From the IMG/VR virus record IMGVR_UViG_3300032225_000838, positions 1 through 40,681 of that record: a DNA stretch of 40,681 nt, one strand, 5' to 3'. This stretch comes from a virus. Taxonomy: Duplodnaviria > Caudoviricetes. Made by a program: the position numbers and the translations under genes. The notes beneath the pieces were generated by a model. That model did no database searches and had not been told where the DNA came from. It saw nothing but the letters and a program-made list of their open reading frames with translations. Positions 1 to 8,538 of the stretch are shown here, piece after piece; the first letter of the stretch is position 1, and the number at the start of each line of letters is the position of its first letter.

Positions 1-123
1 AGCAACGACCCGAGCAATCGTCTGATCGAAGGCTTTCGCAAGAGAGCGTCCAATCTCCGTAGTATAGATGGAACGCACATCATAATGATTCTGCGCTTCA
101 TCAATGTTAGCGATAAACGCCGA
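1..123. repeat. 123-bp exact direct repeat of 40559-40681 (circular assembly overlap)
   Basis: Identical sequence at both ends; it falls inside the capsid gene and the reading frame is continuous across the join. Confidence 0.95.
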
Positions 124-429
124 GGAGAGGAGCATCTTGTCAATAGCGATGACCCGCTCACCGTGTCTGATCGTGCTGAGATAGCTGTTACCAGCATCAG
201 CAATAGATTCCCCGGGGGTATGGTAGCCAGCCGTGGCAATACCAGTAACCGGGAATTGAGCCGATTTGCCGTTCTTAATGGTTCGGATGGTGTGAAGAGC
301 CTTGAAAACTGTCTGAGTTTCAAAGGTGGTCAACACTTCACCAGCAAACGTCTTAAGAAACAAAGCAAACGTGTCTCCTGTCGCATTGGCTTGTCCAAGG
401 CGGCTAGGAGTAGTATTAGAATTAGCCAT
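1..429 (-). CDS. Major capsid protein (T7 gp10-like), 5' part; continues at 40558..40001 (328 aa total)
   Basis: ATG at 429 reads MANSNTTPSRLGQ...ALFLKTFAGEVLTTF...RTIKNGKSAQFP, typical gp10 N-terminal motifs; in frame with the 40001..40636 ORF. Confidence 0.93.
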   Translation of the reverse strand, partial: MANSNTTPSRLGQANATGDTFALFLKTFAGEVLTTFETQTVFKALHTIRTIKNGKSAQFPVTGIATAGYHTPGESIADAGNSYLSTIRHGERVIAIDKMLLSSAFIANIDEAQNHYDVRSIYTTEIGRSLAKAFDQTIARVVA

Positions 430-542
430 TTTGGTTAATCCCTTTCTTGTTGTTGTTTCGTTTCGTTGTTTAGTTGGTACATACTATTACTAGTACGTTT
501 GTAGCGTTAACTCTTCACCTTCAAACTGCCTTTTCGATCTAA

Positions 543-573
543 TCTAGGTTGTCCACCCTCAGGTGGGCCAAGA
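543..573 (-). promoter_or_regulatory. Stem-loop in capsid gene leader
   Basis: UCUUGG-C-CCACC-UGAG-GGUGG-ACAA-CCUAGA forms a hairpin with an asymmetric internal loop about 115 nt upstream of the capsid ATG. Confidence 0.45.
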
Positions 574-581
574 TAGCCTCG

Positions 582-866
582 TCAACGCACGTTTTGTGGT
601 TTAGGAGTCTCATCTGACAAATCTTTTTTGTAAGGGTCTGCTTCTTCTGGTAAACGTCCAGCATACCAGCCCTCAGGAATAGGCACATCAGTATGGGATA
701 ACTCCCATTCTGTGCCATTCCAAAAATAAACTTTTCCCCGGACCTTAGGTCCAATACGTATAATACTAGTCTGGGGGTCCAGAAAGACTACTTTTTTGCT
801 CTCTATCGTACTGGCGCATCCTGTCAATAAAGCGGCTACGCAAATAAGGAGGCAAAGGAGCGGCAT
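582..866 (-). CDS. Lipoprotein, putative o-spanin (Rz1-like)
   Basis: ATG at 866, hydrophobic signal and lipobox LLTG-C; overlaps the upstream membrane-anchored ORF out of frame. Confidence 0.6.
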   Translation of the reverse strand: MPLLCLLICVAALLTGCASTIESKKVVFLDPQTSIIRIGPKVRGKVYFWNGTEWELSHTDVPIPEGWYAGRLPEEADPYKKDLSDETPKPQNVR

Positions 867-960
867 CCGAAGCTTTAGTCGGTTTGCCTTGCTCACGTAT
901 ACTTTCTGTAACAAAAAATTTAAGTATGGCTATTATTAACTCTATTAGCCAAGAAAACAT
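766..960 (-). CDS. Small N-terminally anchored membrane protein, putative i-spanin (Rz-like)
   Basis: N-terminal TM segment WLIELIIAILKFFV; TAATG coupling to the upstream gene; overlaps the lipoprotein gene. Confidence 0.55.
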   Translation of the reverse strand: MFSWLIELIIAILKFFVTESIREQGKPTKASDAAPLPPYLRSRFIDRMRQYDREQKSSLSGPPD

Positions 961-1127
961 TATTTCTCGTCAATATGTAGCCCTACTGCCTTTAAAACGG
1001 ATACAATCTTTTCAAGGATAGTATCGTCAGCGGGTGTAGGGGTGAGTTTTACAACAACCCTAGCTAGGACAATAACTGCCCCAACTACGGCCATAATGTT
1101 AACAAAGTTTTCGGTAATCCATGTCAT
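960..1127 (-). CDS. 55-aa holin-like membrane protein (not in ORF track)
   Basis: MTWITENFVNIMAVVGAVIVLARVVVKLTPTPADDTILEKIVSVLKAVGLHIDEK; AGGAG RBS; TM helix followed by TPTPxDD; TAATG overlap with the next gene. Confidence 0.65.
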   Translation of the reverse strand: MTWITENFVNIMAVVGAVIVLARVVVKLTPTPADDTILEKIVSVLKAVGLHIDEK

Positions 1128-1140
1128 AATTTAATCTCCT

Positions 1141-1923
1141 TTATATAATGTTGGATACTGCAAGCCTGTTCTGTACGTCTTTACGGTACGCCTCATCACT
1201 ACTGTAACGAGGGTCCTTCATAGCCTGTACAACCTCACTAGTAGAGCGGAAGCCATCACTCCCTGAGGAGCGACCAGCAACGCCACCTAGCAAGTTAGGC
1301 TGAGAAGTAGAAGCTGAATATTGGGCATATAAGCCCTTAACAGCCATCCTAGCTTGCTGAACATTACCACCCATAACCATAGAATTGTAAGCGTCCAATT
1401 CAGTTTGGGATAGGTTATCAGCCGCCCATTTAGATAGGGCTTGGAAATTTTCTGTGCCGCCAATATCGTTCATAACGGTACTGACTTCACGTTCTTGAAT
1501 AGCCTGTTGCCCGGCAATATAAGCATTTACTACATCCTTAGGGATGCCTTTTTGTTCTAGGGCCTTGTAGCTTTCCTCACTTAATGCACCTTGGGCCATG
1601 TACTCTTGCCCAAACTTACTAAAGTCTGGTGGAAGTTGATTAACATTAGGAACGTCCTGTTCCTGTTCCTGAGGCTGATTATTCTGCTCATTGTTGTTCT
1701 CAATAGAGTTGCCCCTGTTTCCAAGCTTTGATTCAAGCTCAGAATAGGCCCTAGCAAGCTCATCCGGGCTATTAAACTTCTCAGGAAGCCATTCTGGTCT
1801 ACTAGTAGTAGTATCAGAGGGGACAACCGATTGCTGTGCAGAAGGTTGTGTTTGATTATCTGCTGTTTCTGGGGCCAAAGGGCCGCTTTCTGGTGACGTT
1901 ATAACTACCTGTCCACTATTCAT
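1141..1923 (-). CDS. Capsid assembly scaffolding protein (T7 gp9-like)
   Basis: RPEWLPEKF..L.RAYSELE, GG.E.F..L..WA, AMKDPRY..D.AYR..V..RL motifs; follows the portal gene. Confidence 0.92.
   Translation of the reverse strand: MNSGQVVITSPESGPLAPETADNQTQPSAQQSVVPSDTTTSRPEWLPEKFNSPDELARAYSELESKLGNRGNSIENNNEQNNQPQEQEQDVPNVNQLPPDFSKFGQEYMAQGALSEESYKALEQKGIPKDVVNAYIAGQQAIQEREVSTVMNDIGGTENFQALSKWAADNLSQTELDAYNSMVMGGNVQQARMAVKGLYAQYSASTSQPNLLGGVAGRSSGSDGFRSTSEVVQAMKDPRYSSDEAYRKDVQNRLAVSNII
1812..1833 (-). promoter_or_regulatory. Candidate phage RNAP promoter, copy 1
   Basis: CAATCGGTTGTCCCCTCTGATA matches 19820-19841 at 21 of 22 nt. Confidence 0.5.
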
Positions 1924-1938
1924 TTTTTTGCTCCTTTT

Positions 1939-3525
1939 TTATTGTTGCTGTTGAGGCTGTGCTTGGGGTTGCCCCTGTTGCATAGCCTGTTGTAGCGCAC
2001 CTGTCTTTTGAGATGCAACTAAATTATCAGAAATAGCTTTAATTCCTTGAGGGCCAAGCTGTTGCATCATCATCTGCATTTGGTCTTGTTGAGCAGACTG
2101 AGCAATTTCCTCTTCACTCTTAATCAAACCATCCGTACTAATACCGATAGCAGTAGCCCGGCGTTTCAGATAATCCCCAATGTTTACAAATTGACTAAGA
2201 ATGTCAGGTCCAAGAATCTGACCAACTCCCCCAACAAACATATCTAACTTATTTAAATCATTTCCCCGGCCAAGGGCTTCCACGCCAGTAACAATCATAG
2301 GACTAACAATATCCTTAGGAAGCTTAGGCAAGCGTCCCCGCTTAGACATCCTGTCCATAAGCCTATTTACAAGGGGAAGCTGAAACTCTTGTGACATTAC
2401 AGAGTAAGCTCCACCTAAAGCGGCTTCTAGCTCCTGAGCCATAAACCTTACTTCTTCCGCTGTTACACGCTCTGCATCACGCTGAACAGAGCTATTAAGT
2501 AAGAAAGCAAAAGATAGACGTTGAGTAATCTGATTAGCCGTGTCTTGGGCTACTCTAAAATCATTAAATTTCTGAATCTGTAAAGTAGTAACATCAGCGG
2601 CATTACCAGAAGCAAACCCACCGTTAGAAGTTTCAGCCAAAGTTTTTGCCCGGGTTGAACCGTTTGGGTTAACCAAGAACAAAACTTTAGCGGCGGCGGC
2701 TGACCCCTCTACAATAGCTTGAGTTAAAGCTTCCAAAGAGCGCAGGTCACCAAAATACTCTTCAACAAAACCTCTACCATAATCTTCACCGTCAATACGG
2801 TTGTAGCGAAGAGGAATATAAGGGTTTTTGTCTAAAGCATACTTCCCAATAGTACCGGGAATACGCATTCCGTTAATCTCTTGGTAAATTGCCCAATAGT
2901 CTGTTTCCCGGCTAATTGCCGTGTATAGCTCAAGAGTTTTCTCATTTGAACTACTATCACTTTTTTGCACTAATTCTCTTATCTCTTTAGGTAAAGCAGA
3001 AGGAGACATTGACTCTTTAGTAACAAGATAAAGAACGTTACCAGAGGGGTCCCGCTTAACAACGTATGAGTCCATCCTAAACACACGCATACCACCCGCA
3101 TCTGGAACGTAGATAAGAGCGTTGCCAGAAACAACTAAATGTTTTAACGCTTCAAAGGCTCCAACCCGGACAGCAGAGGTTTCTACCTCAGTCATAACTG
3201 CCCTTTCAACTTCGCCTAAAGCTTTCTCTAGCTCTGTCTTAAGAGTATCATCGCCGCCCTGTTTCTTAAGAAGATAAGAGTCAACAGCCATCCTAAAAAA
3301 CGGCTGGTTAGGTGGCAACAACGCCATCAAAAGCTTAGAAGCAAGGTTATTTACACCCCTTGCCCCTACGCCTTGAAACGGTGTGTAATACTTAGTTGCG
3401 TAACTATGACCCTCGGGTGGAACAAGGGTAGGAATAGTTAACTCCGCACAATCTCTAGCTCTTGTCAAAAAGCTAAAGCGTTGCGAAGCAAGCTCCAAGT
3501 AGGTAGCTTTTGCGTTCTCAACCAT
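1939..3525 (-). CDS. Portal / head-to-tail connector (T7 gp8-like)
   Basis: GARGVNNLASKL..ALLPP..PFFR, GEDYGRG.VEEY.GDL, RDAERVTAEE motifs; 528 aa. Confidence 0.96.
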   Translation of the reverse strand: MVENAKATYLELASQRFSFLTRARDCAELTIPTLVPPEGHSYATKYYTPFQGVGARGVNNLASKLLMALLPPNQPFFRMAVDSYLLKKQGGDDTLKTELEKALGEVERAVMTEVETSAVRVGAFEALKHLVVSGNALIYVPDAGGMRVFRMDSYVVKRDPSGNVLYLVTKESMSPSALPKEIRELVQKSDSSSNEKTLELYTAISRETDYWAIYQEINGMRIPGTIGKYALDKNPYIPLRYNRIDGEDYGRGFVEEYFGDLRSLEALTQAIVEGSAAAAKVLFLVNPNGSTRAKTLAETSNGGFASGNAADVTTLQIQKFNDFRVAQDTANQITQRLSFAFLLNSSVQRDAERVTAEEVRFMAQELEAALGGAYSVMSQEFQLPLVNRLMDRMSKRGRLPKLPKDIVSPMIVTGVEALGRGNDLNKLDMFVGGVGQILGPDILSQFVNIGDYLKRRATAIGISTDGLIKSEEEIAQSAQQDQMQMMMQQLGPQGIKAISDNLVASQKTGALQQAMQQGQPQAQPQQQQ

Positions 3526-3529
3526 TTAA

Positions 3530-3808
3530 TTAAGTCTTAAAAGGTATTTTGTATGCAATCACAACCACCCCGCTTGCGGGAGTGACACTAGTGAACAGTC
3601 CGTTAATTCTGGCATCAGCCGTAAAGGTTTTGCCAGTAATCGTTCCAGACCATCCCCTAGCTGTTAGAGCAGACAAAGAACCGCTAGTTACAAACTGGAT
3701 GGACCCAAACGCATACCCTGTATCCGGGGTAAGCGCAGTAGTACCATCACCTGTTGCAACTTGCGCTCCATACTGCCCAAGTGTTGCATAAATGCTAGGA
3801 CTCGTCAT
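3530..3808 (-). CDS. Hypothetical small beta-rich protein, possibly a virion component
   Basis: GGAG RBS, tight packing before the portal gene, G/T/S-rich composition. Confidence 0.6.
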   Translation of the reverse strand: MTSPSIYATLGQYGAQVATGDGTTALTPDTGYAFGSIQFVTSGSLSALTARGWSGTITGKTFTADARINGLFTSVTPASGVVVIAYKIPFKT

Positions 3809-3820
3809 TTAGTTGTCTCC

Positions 3821-4051
3821 TTAATTTCCTATAGGCAAGTTATATCCACGACCAATCCGAGCATTCTCGGCATCAATACGCAGACCACTACGCCCAAGTC
3901 TACCCACACGGATAGAATCTGAACCAGTTTTAATTTTCAACGCATCTGGCTCTTCCAACTTCTTAGCAGTCTCCGTGGGCGGTGGGGGAGCCGGGGGAGG
4001 CGGCGGGGGAGGAGGAGGAGGAGGGGGCATTGAGTAACCACCACCACACAT
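3821..4051 (-). CDS. Polyproline virion protein (T7 gp6.7/7.3-like)
   Basis: MC start, long Pro run, C-terminal GRSGLRI...GYNL; position just upstream of the portal gene. Confidence 0.65.
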   Translation of the reverse strand: MCGGGYSMPPPPPPPPPPPPAPPPPTETAKKLEEPDALKIKTGSDSIRVGRLGRSGLRIDAENARIGRGYNLPIGN

Positions 4052-4063
4052 AGGCTTTTCTCC

Positions 4064-4288
4064 TTAACTATTCACTAGGATGTTTTCGTTTTGTTGCTCG
4101 TATTTCTTCTCTAAGAGACGAACTACTGAGCGTTGACCAGAGTAAAACCAGACCATCCTATCAGTCCAATCTAACTCCGGGCATCTTTCTGGGATGCTAT
4201 TATTTAGTGCCTTTAACAGCACTTCTGACACTTTAGGAAATTCATCCAATCCGTCAACACTAGATTTTTCTTTATTATTTACGATCAT
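4064..4288 (-). CDS. Hypothetical protein (gp6.5-like position)
   Basis: Overlaps the upstream stop; P.VSE.LL.AL...PERCP...GQRSVV..L pattern typical of this locus in T7-like phages. Confidence 0.65.
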   Translation of the reverse strand: MIVNNKEKSSVDGLDEFPKVSEVLLKALNNSIPERCPELDWTDRMVWFYSGQRSVVRLLEKKYEQQNENILVNS

Positions 4289-4628
4289 CTAATTCTTTTG
4301 GTAATTGACCAACCTCTATCCTATGAGCCGTTTCAATCATAGCAAGAATATTCCATGCGGCGGCTACATCATGCCTTTCATCTTTATGCCCTTCTAAATG
4401 TTTTAAAAGGTGGCGTAAAGCTGAATCCATGAACCGGGAAAGCGGTTGCCCTTTTTCCCAATTACGTTCTCCATATTTTTTAGCTCCCTCTTCTAACTGC
4501 CTAGCTACCAAGAAGATAGCATGAGGAGGTAATAAATCATAGCGGCCCTTACCGTCCCGGGTATCCCGCCTAGAACCTGTAGAAAACTCTTGTCTTTTAC
4601 CCGAGTCTTTTACAGTTACATCTTTCAC
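4275..4628 (-). CDS. dATP/dGTP diphosphohydrolase-like protein (DUF5664)
   Basis: K.RYDLLP, GAKKYGERNWEKG, SALRHL, AAWN motifs; GTG start with GGAGG RBS. Confidence 0.8.
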   Translation of the reverse strand: MKDVTVKDSGKRQEFSTGSRRDTRDGKGRYDLLPPHAIFLVARQLEEGAKKYGERNWEKGQPLSRFMDSALRHLLKHLEGHKDERHDVAAAWNILAMIETAHRIEVGQLPKELDDRK

Positions 4629-4971
4629 AGTAATCCTCCTTTAATACTTTTATCCCACATTCTAAAGAAACTAAGTACTCAAGAACAGCCCCCTTACTGC
4701 TTTCCCACCCTTCTAAAAAAGTAATATAATCACACCTTACCAATTCTCTAATATCGTTTTTTAAATAAGTTTCCCTATCTAAGTCTTTGCGCCCATTAAA
4801 ATGTTCTGCCGGGTTAGTTACTAAGTAACCCATTTTTCTTATACGTGTAGCTTTAGCATGAAAAGCCGGGTAGTTTAAATCTGGAAACCCGGTCATGGGT
4901 CCAGATACATAAACCCGCTTTTTACGGCTTCCAGAGTACAGGTTTTTTCTTTTCATTGTCATACTCTCCAT
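4597..4971 (-). CDS. DUF4406 / nucleoside deoxyribosyltransferase-like protein
   Basis: VYVSGPMTG.PD.NYPAF, NPAE, L..CD.I..L.GWE.SKGA.LE motifs; start uncertain. Confidence 0.8.
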   Translation of the reverse strand: MESMTMKRKNLYSGSRKKRVYVSGPMTGFPDLNYPAFHAKATRIRKMGYLVTNPAEHFNGRKDLDRETYLKNDIRELVRCDYITFLEGWESSKGAVLEYLVSLECGIKVLKEDYCERCNCKRLG

Positions 4972-5677
4972 GCCGCAGAATCCTAGCTAATCTTGCCTGA
5001 GTAATTGCCTCTTCTTCCCCTAACCCTGCCTTTTTAAATGAGGCTTTAATACACTCCCAATAATAAGAAAGCTTACCTTTTCCCGGTTCTCCAAGTATAC
5101 CCTCTGCTCTCTTTGGCCCAATCCCGGGGCATCCGGGGTAACCGTCTGTTGTATCCCCTACTAAAGTTTGATACATAAACCAATAGTCAGCTTCGTCATT
5201 TGTTATAGTAGATATGCCGTTATGGGGTTTATCCGGGTTATAATGTTTAGCTGGGAATGTTTTAAAATCTTTATCTATACTAACTACAACGCACTTATCT
5301 TTATACTTACCTGTGGCTAGTACACCAATAACATCATCAGCTTCTATGTTATCCCACACTTCTGTCTTAAACGCTGTTTTTAATCTTTCTTTAAGCTGGT
5401 TTAAAACTACAGGTTTCCGGGTGGATGCTCTATGAGCCTTATAAGTAGAAGAAAGGCTTTTCCTAAAATTATTTGAGTGTGATAAGGCAACAACAACATC
5501 ATCAGCATCTAAACTGTCTTTTAATTCCTCAATGAATACCAAGGCCCTTCCTACAACTTCCTTCAAATCACAATGCAAAGTCCAGAAATCATCTCCCCAA
5601 TGAAAAGGCTGTTCAGCTAAAAAAGACGTTTTGTAGGCTACAACGTCACCATCAATAAGTAAGGTAGGTTTGCTCAT
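4922..5677 (-). CDS. 5'-3' exonuclease (T7 gp6-like)
   Basis: LLIDGD, NFRK...YKAHR, EADDVIG, SIDKD, GDTTDGYPGCPGIG motifs. Confidence 0.93.
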   Translation of the reverse strand: MSKPTLLIDGDVVAYKTSFLAEQPFHWGDDFWTLHCDLKEVVGRALVFIEELKDSLDADDVVVALSHSNNFRKSLSSTYKAHRASTRKPVVLNQLKERLKTAFKTEVWDNIEADDVIGVLATGKYKDKCVVVSIDKDFKTFPAKHYNPDKPHNGISTITNDEADYWFMYQTLVGDTTDGYPGCPGIGPKRAEGILGEPGKGKLSYYWECIKASFKKAGLGEEEAITQARLARILRHGEYDNEKKKPVLWKP

Positions 5678-5689
5678 TTTAACTTTCTT

Positions 5690-6097
5690 TTAATATTGCA
5701 CCCTTTTAAGAGAAGCAATCTGGGCAACAATTTGGGACTTTCTAACTCTGTCTTTTTCCTTGTACAAACGTATCCCAAGTCGTGCTTGCTCTTTCTTCTC
5801 ACGCAAAAATGGGAGTAATCTTTGAAGAACCGGGATGGCGTTTGGGCCGAAAACTCTCCACCTGTAGAACCTCCTACAATTCTTATACTTATGTCGTGTC
5901 TTACTGTTTCCATGAGTACTGCTGTGAACCGAACCACCAAAAGCTTTACACATAGAACGGCAGACCATAGGGTACGTACTAGTGAGTTGAGCCTCAAGCG
6001 CAAAGTATTTAGAATAGTTAACCCTTGCGTGAATACAGCCCTCCCCATCAAAGTATCCAGCATAGTAAGAAAGCTCTTCATTTTTTATCCTCTTCAT
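5690..6097 (-). CDS. Free-standing LAGLIDADG homing endonuclease-like protein
   Basis: LSYYAGYFDGEGCI motif, YRWRV, LLPFLREKKEQA; ATG at 6097 overlaps the polymerase stop (TAATG). Confidence 0.8.
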   Translation of the reverse strand: MKRIKNEELSYYAGYFDGEGCIHARVNYSKYFALEAQLTSTYPMVCRSMCKAFGGSVHSSTHGNSKTRHKYKNCRRFYRWRVFGPNAIPVLQRLLPFLREKKEQARLGIRLYKEKDRVRKSQIVAQIASLKRVQY

Positions 6098-7938
6098 TAA
6101 TGGGTTTCTGCCCAATTGTTTCCAATTCTGAACTCACCGTCTAAAGGACATCTAAATTTAAAAAGCCTCCCGGCTTCTTTAATAGACTGTACTGCTATCT
6201 GTCCTACTGTTTCAGCTATTGGTTCTCGGGCTTGAATCTGTATTTCATCATGTATATGAGCTACAAAAGAAAAATCTTTACCCCATACATACCCAGCCTT
6301 CTGTAAAGCATCAAATAAACAGATTGTAGCCTGTTTCATAATCAATGCCCCGGCTGACTGTAAGAGTGTATTTAAAGCGGCGTGTTTGGACCTAATAGAA
6401 AGCTGTCTGCCATCTAACCCAATTAACCAATCCCTATTAGATAGCACAGAATCAATTTCTTCTTTAAGTCTTTTAAGTGCCGGGGTTTGTTTCAAAAACT
6501 CGCTCTTAATTTTCTTACCAGCTTCAACACCTTTACCTATGATCTTGCCAATCTTCTCATCCCCTGCCCCATACAAAAACGCATAAATAAAGGTCTTTGC
6601 GTCATTCCGTGTGGGTAACCCTGCCGCCCTTTGATTAGCCGTGTGAATATCCCCCTCTAGTAAAAGCTTTGCATAAATTCCATCGTCAAACCTAGCCATG
6701 TAGTGAGCAAGGCAACGAAGCTCAATACCAGAAGCATCTGCCCCTACTAATTTAAATCCATTAGGCACTATAAATAAACTTCTACATTCTTTACCATACG
6801 GACTACCCACACTAGGAACCTGAGCCATGTTAGGGTTTTTATGAGTACACCTACCAGTAACCGCACCATTTGTGATAATTCGGCCATGAATCTTGCCCTT
6901 CTTTTCCATCTTTATCCAAGCCTCGTTACCTTCCGCTAACTGCCCTATTCTTTTTGAGACCATTAAATACTCACACAAAGGTTTAGCCTCTGCAAAATTA
7001 AGCTCATTTAAAACAGCTTCATCAATTTTAGGCTTACCGTCTGGGGTAAATTCAAGCGGCCTCCAACCATACTTTTTAATAAACCTATCTGAAATCTGAT
7101 CTCTGCTTCCGGGGTTAAATGGGGTTTCTTTAATCTTAGCCGCACCCTTGGTTACATCCTTTGCTTTATACCCGGCGGCAACAGCTTCCTTCTTAGTAGC
7201 CCAGACTTTACCATCCGGGGTTGCCCAAAGCGTAGACTTCATAACCTCCCTGTCTGGTTCAAATACACTCTGTAAAGTCTTTTCAATCTCCATTCGTTTT
7301 TTGCACAACTCTACGTAAAGAGCCTGTGCCGCCTTAACATCAAAATTAAAACCATGCTGATGTTGCAATTGCATAAGCTTTGCAAAACGATGTTCTAATT
7401 GAAGAGAGTGAGCAGAATAGTTTTTACTTGTTATCAGCTTCCATAGTCGCTCAGTTACCTCTACGTCTTGAGCACAGTAATCTTCCATCTCTTGAGACCA
7501 TTTTGAAAAATCAGCTTTCTCTGACTCTTTAAAGTCTCCTTTTAGTAAACCTACTCTGTAACCCCAAGCTTTTAGGCTATGGGACCCAATAAGCTTTTTT
7601 GGAAACAATGGGTCAGTAACTACCCGGGAAAAATCTCTTTCCTTCATGTCTGCCCATATCAAACGAGAGCAAACAATAGTATCATATATGTTTCCAGAAG
7701 GCTCAAAGTTTGGGTAAAGCTTCTGAATTGCAGGAATGTCAAAATCAATAATGTTATGTCCAATAAGCGTAGATGCCCCCTGCAATAGCTCTATCCCTTT
7801 GGTGATATTACCTTGCTGTGAAGAAAACCTATGAACCGTCCCCAAAATAGGATTCTTTAACACTATACAATGTATAGTAGTCATGTCAGGAATTAAATTG
7901 TCTGACTCTAAATCAAAAATATAAATAGAATCACTCAT
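6097..7938 (-). CDS. DNA polymerase family A (T7 gp5-like)
   Basis: Exo motifs FDLE, GHNIIDFD, YCAQDV; Pol motifs DASGIELR, AKTFIYAFLYG (Tyr at the T7 Y526 position), HIHDE; ATGA overlap gives a start at 7938. Confidence 0.96.
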   Translation of the reverse strand: MSDSIYIFDLESDNLIPDMTTIHCIVLKNPILGTVHRFSSQQGNITKGIELLQGASTLIGHNIIDFDIPAIQKLYPNFEPSGNIYDTIVCSRLIWADMKERDFSRVVTDPLFPKKLIGSHSLKAWGYRVGLLKGDFKESEKADFSKWSQEMEDYCAQDVEVTERLWKLITSKNYSAHSLQLEHRFAKLMQLQHQHGFNFDVKAAQALYVELCKKRMEIEKTLQSVFEPDREVMKSTLWATPDGKVWATKKEAVAAGYKAKDVTKGAAKIKETPFNPGSRDQISDRFIKKYGWRPLEFTPDGKPKIDEAVLNELNFAEAKPLCEYLMVSKRIGQLAEGNEAWIKMEKKGKIHGRIITNGAVTGRCTHKNPNMAQVPSVGSPYGKECRSLFIVPNGFKLVGADASGIELRCLAHYMARFDDGIYAKLLLEGDIHTANQRAAGLPTRNDAKTFIYAFLYGAGDEKIGKIIGKGVEAGKKIKSEFLKQTPALKRLKEEIDSVLSNRDWLIGLDGRQLSIRSKHAALNTLLQSAGALIMKQATICLFDALQKAGYVWGKDFSFVAHIHDEIQIQAREPIAETVGQIAVQSIKEAGRLFKFRCPLDGEFRIGNNWAETH

Positions 7939-8489
7939 TGATTTGAAGATGTTGCCCATCCAACAAGACTATAACGTGTTCCTAGATACACCTTTTTTGC
8001 CCGGTGTAGTAAATAACAAGGAAAAATTGTGGCAGAACCAACGTTGTTAGCTAGGTAACCATTCTTCCAGCCGTTTGCCTTAATCTCTGTGCCGCCCCCA
8101 ATAGCGGCATTCTTTAAATTAACTACACAAGCTAGTAATCTTACGTCATTTTCTGCTCCATTGTCAAAATGCCAATCATAATTTTGAAAAGCTTTATACT
8201 CAGTAAACTGTAATGAGTAAGGAATTTTAATGTTAAATCCGTAGCATTCGTCATTCACCTGTTGCAAGGCATAATGAATCTTTTTAAAAATCCAACCGCT
8301 TCCCATCGCAGTACTATGAAGCCAAGCTAGGCTACAGTTTCGTCCTTGACCCTTGGCCCATCTTCCATCTTTATGCTGTAGTTTACCATCTTCCTTAATT
8401 AAGGAATTTCCCATGTAAACAATATCCTCGCACTCGCTTTTGGTAAACAGATTGGCATACGTGACCGCATCACATACTTTACGTTTCAT
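7935..8489 (-). CDS. 2OG-Fe(II) oxygenase (PKHD/prolyl-hydroxylase-like)
   Basis: LQFTEY...YDWHFD (HxD), GG.EI, IFP.YLLH, GTRYSLVGW motifs. Confidence 0.82.
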   Translation of the reverse strand: MKRKVCDAVTYANLFTKSECEDIVYMGNSLIKEDGKLQHKDGRWAKGQGRNCSLAWLHSTAMGSGWIFKKIHYALQQVNDECYGFNIKIPYSLQFTEYKAFQNYDWHFDNGAENDVRLLACVVNLKNAAIGGGTEIKANGWKNGYLANNVGSATIFPCYLLHRAKKVYLGTRYSLVGWATSSNQ

Positions 8490-8538
8490 TTTTGTTGCTC
8501 CTTTCTATATTTCTATTTGTTAACAACTATTTTGTCAA

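Noticed and set aside
1-123. End repeat as the biological terminal repeat
   Set aside because: It lies inside the capsid gene, which is typical of an assembler overlap; the real ends are predicted near 19303.
5674-6081. Alternative-frame 135-aa ORF over the LAGLIDADG gene
   Set aside because: No motif; the other frame has the LAGLIDADG signature and stop-start coupling.
4275-8489. Z-genome or 7-deazaguanine modification pathway
   Set aside because: No PurZ, DpdA or Que-like genes recognisable; the strong motif depletion also suggests DNA that is not globally protected.
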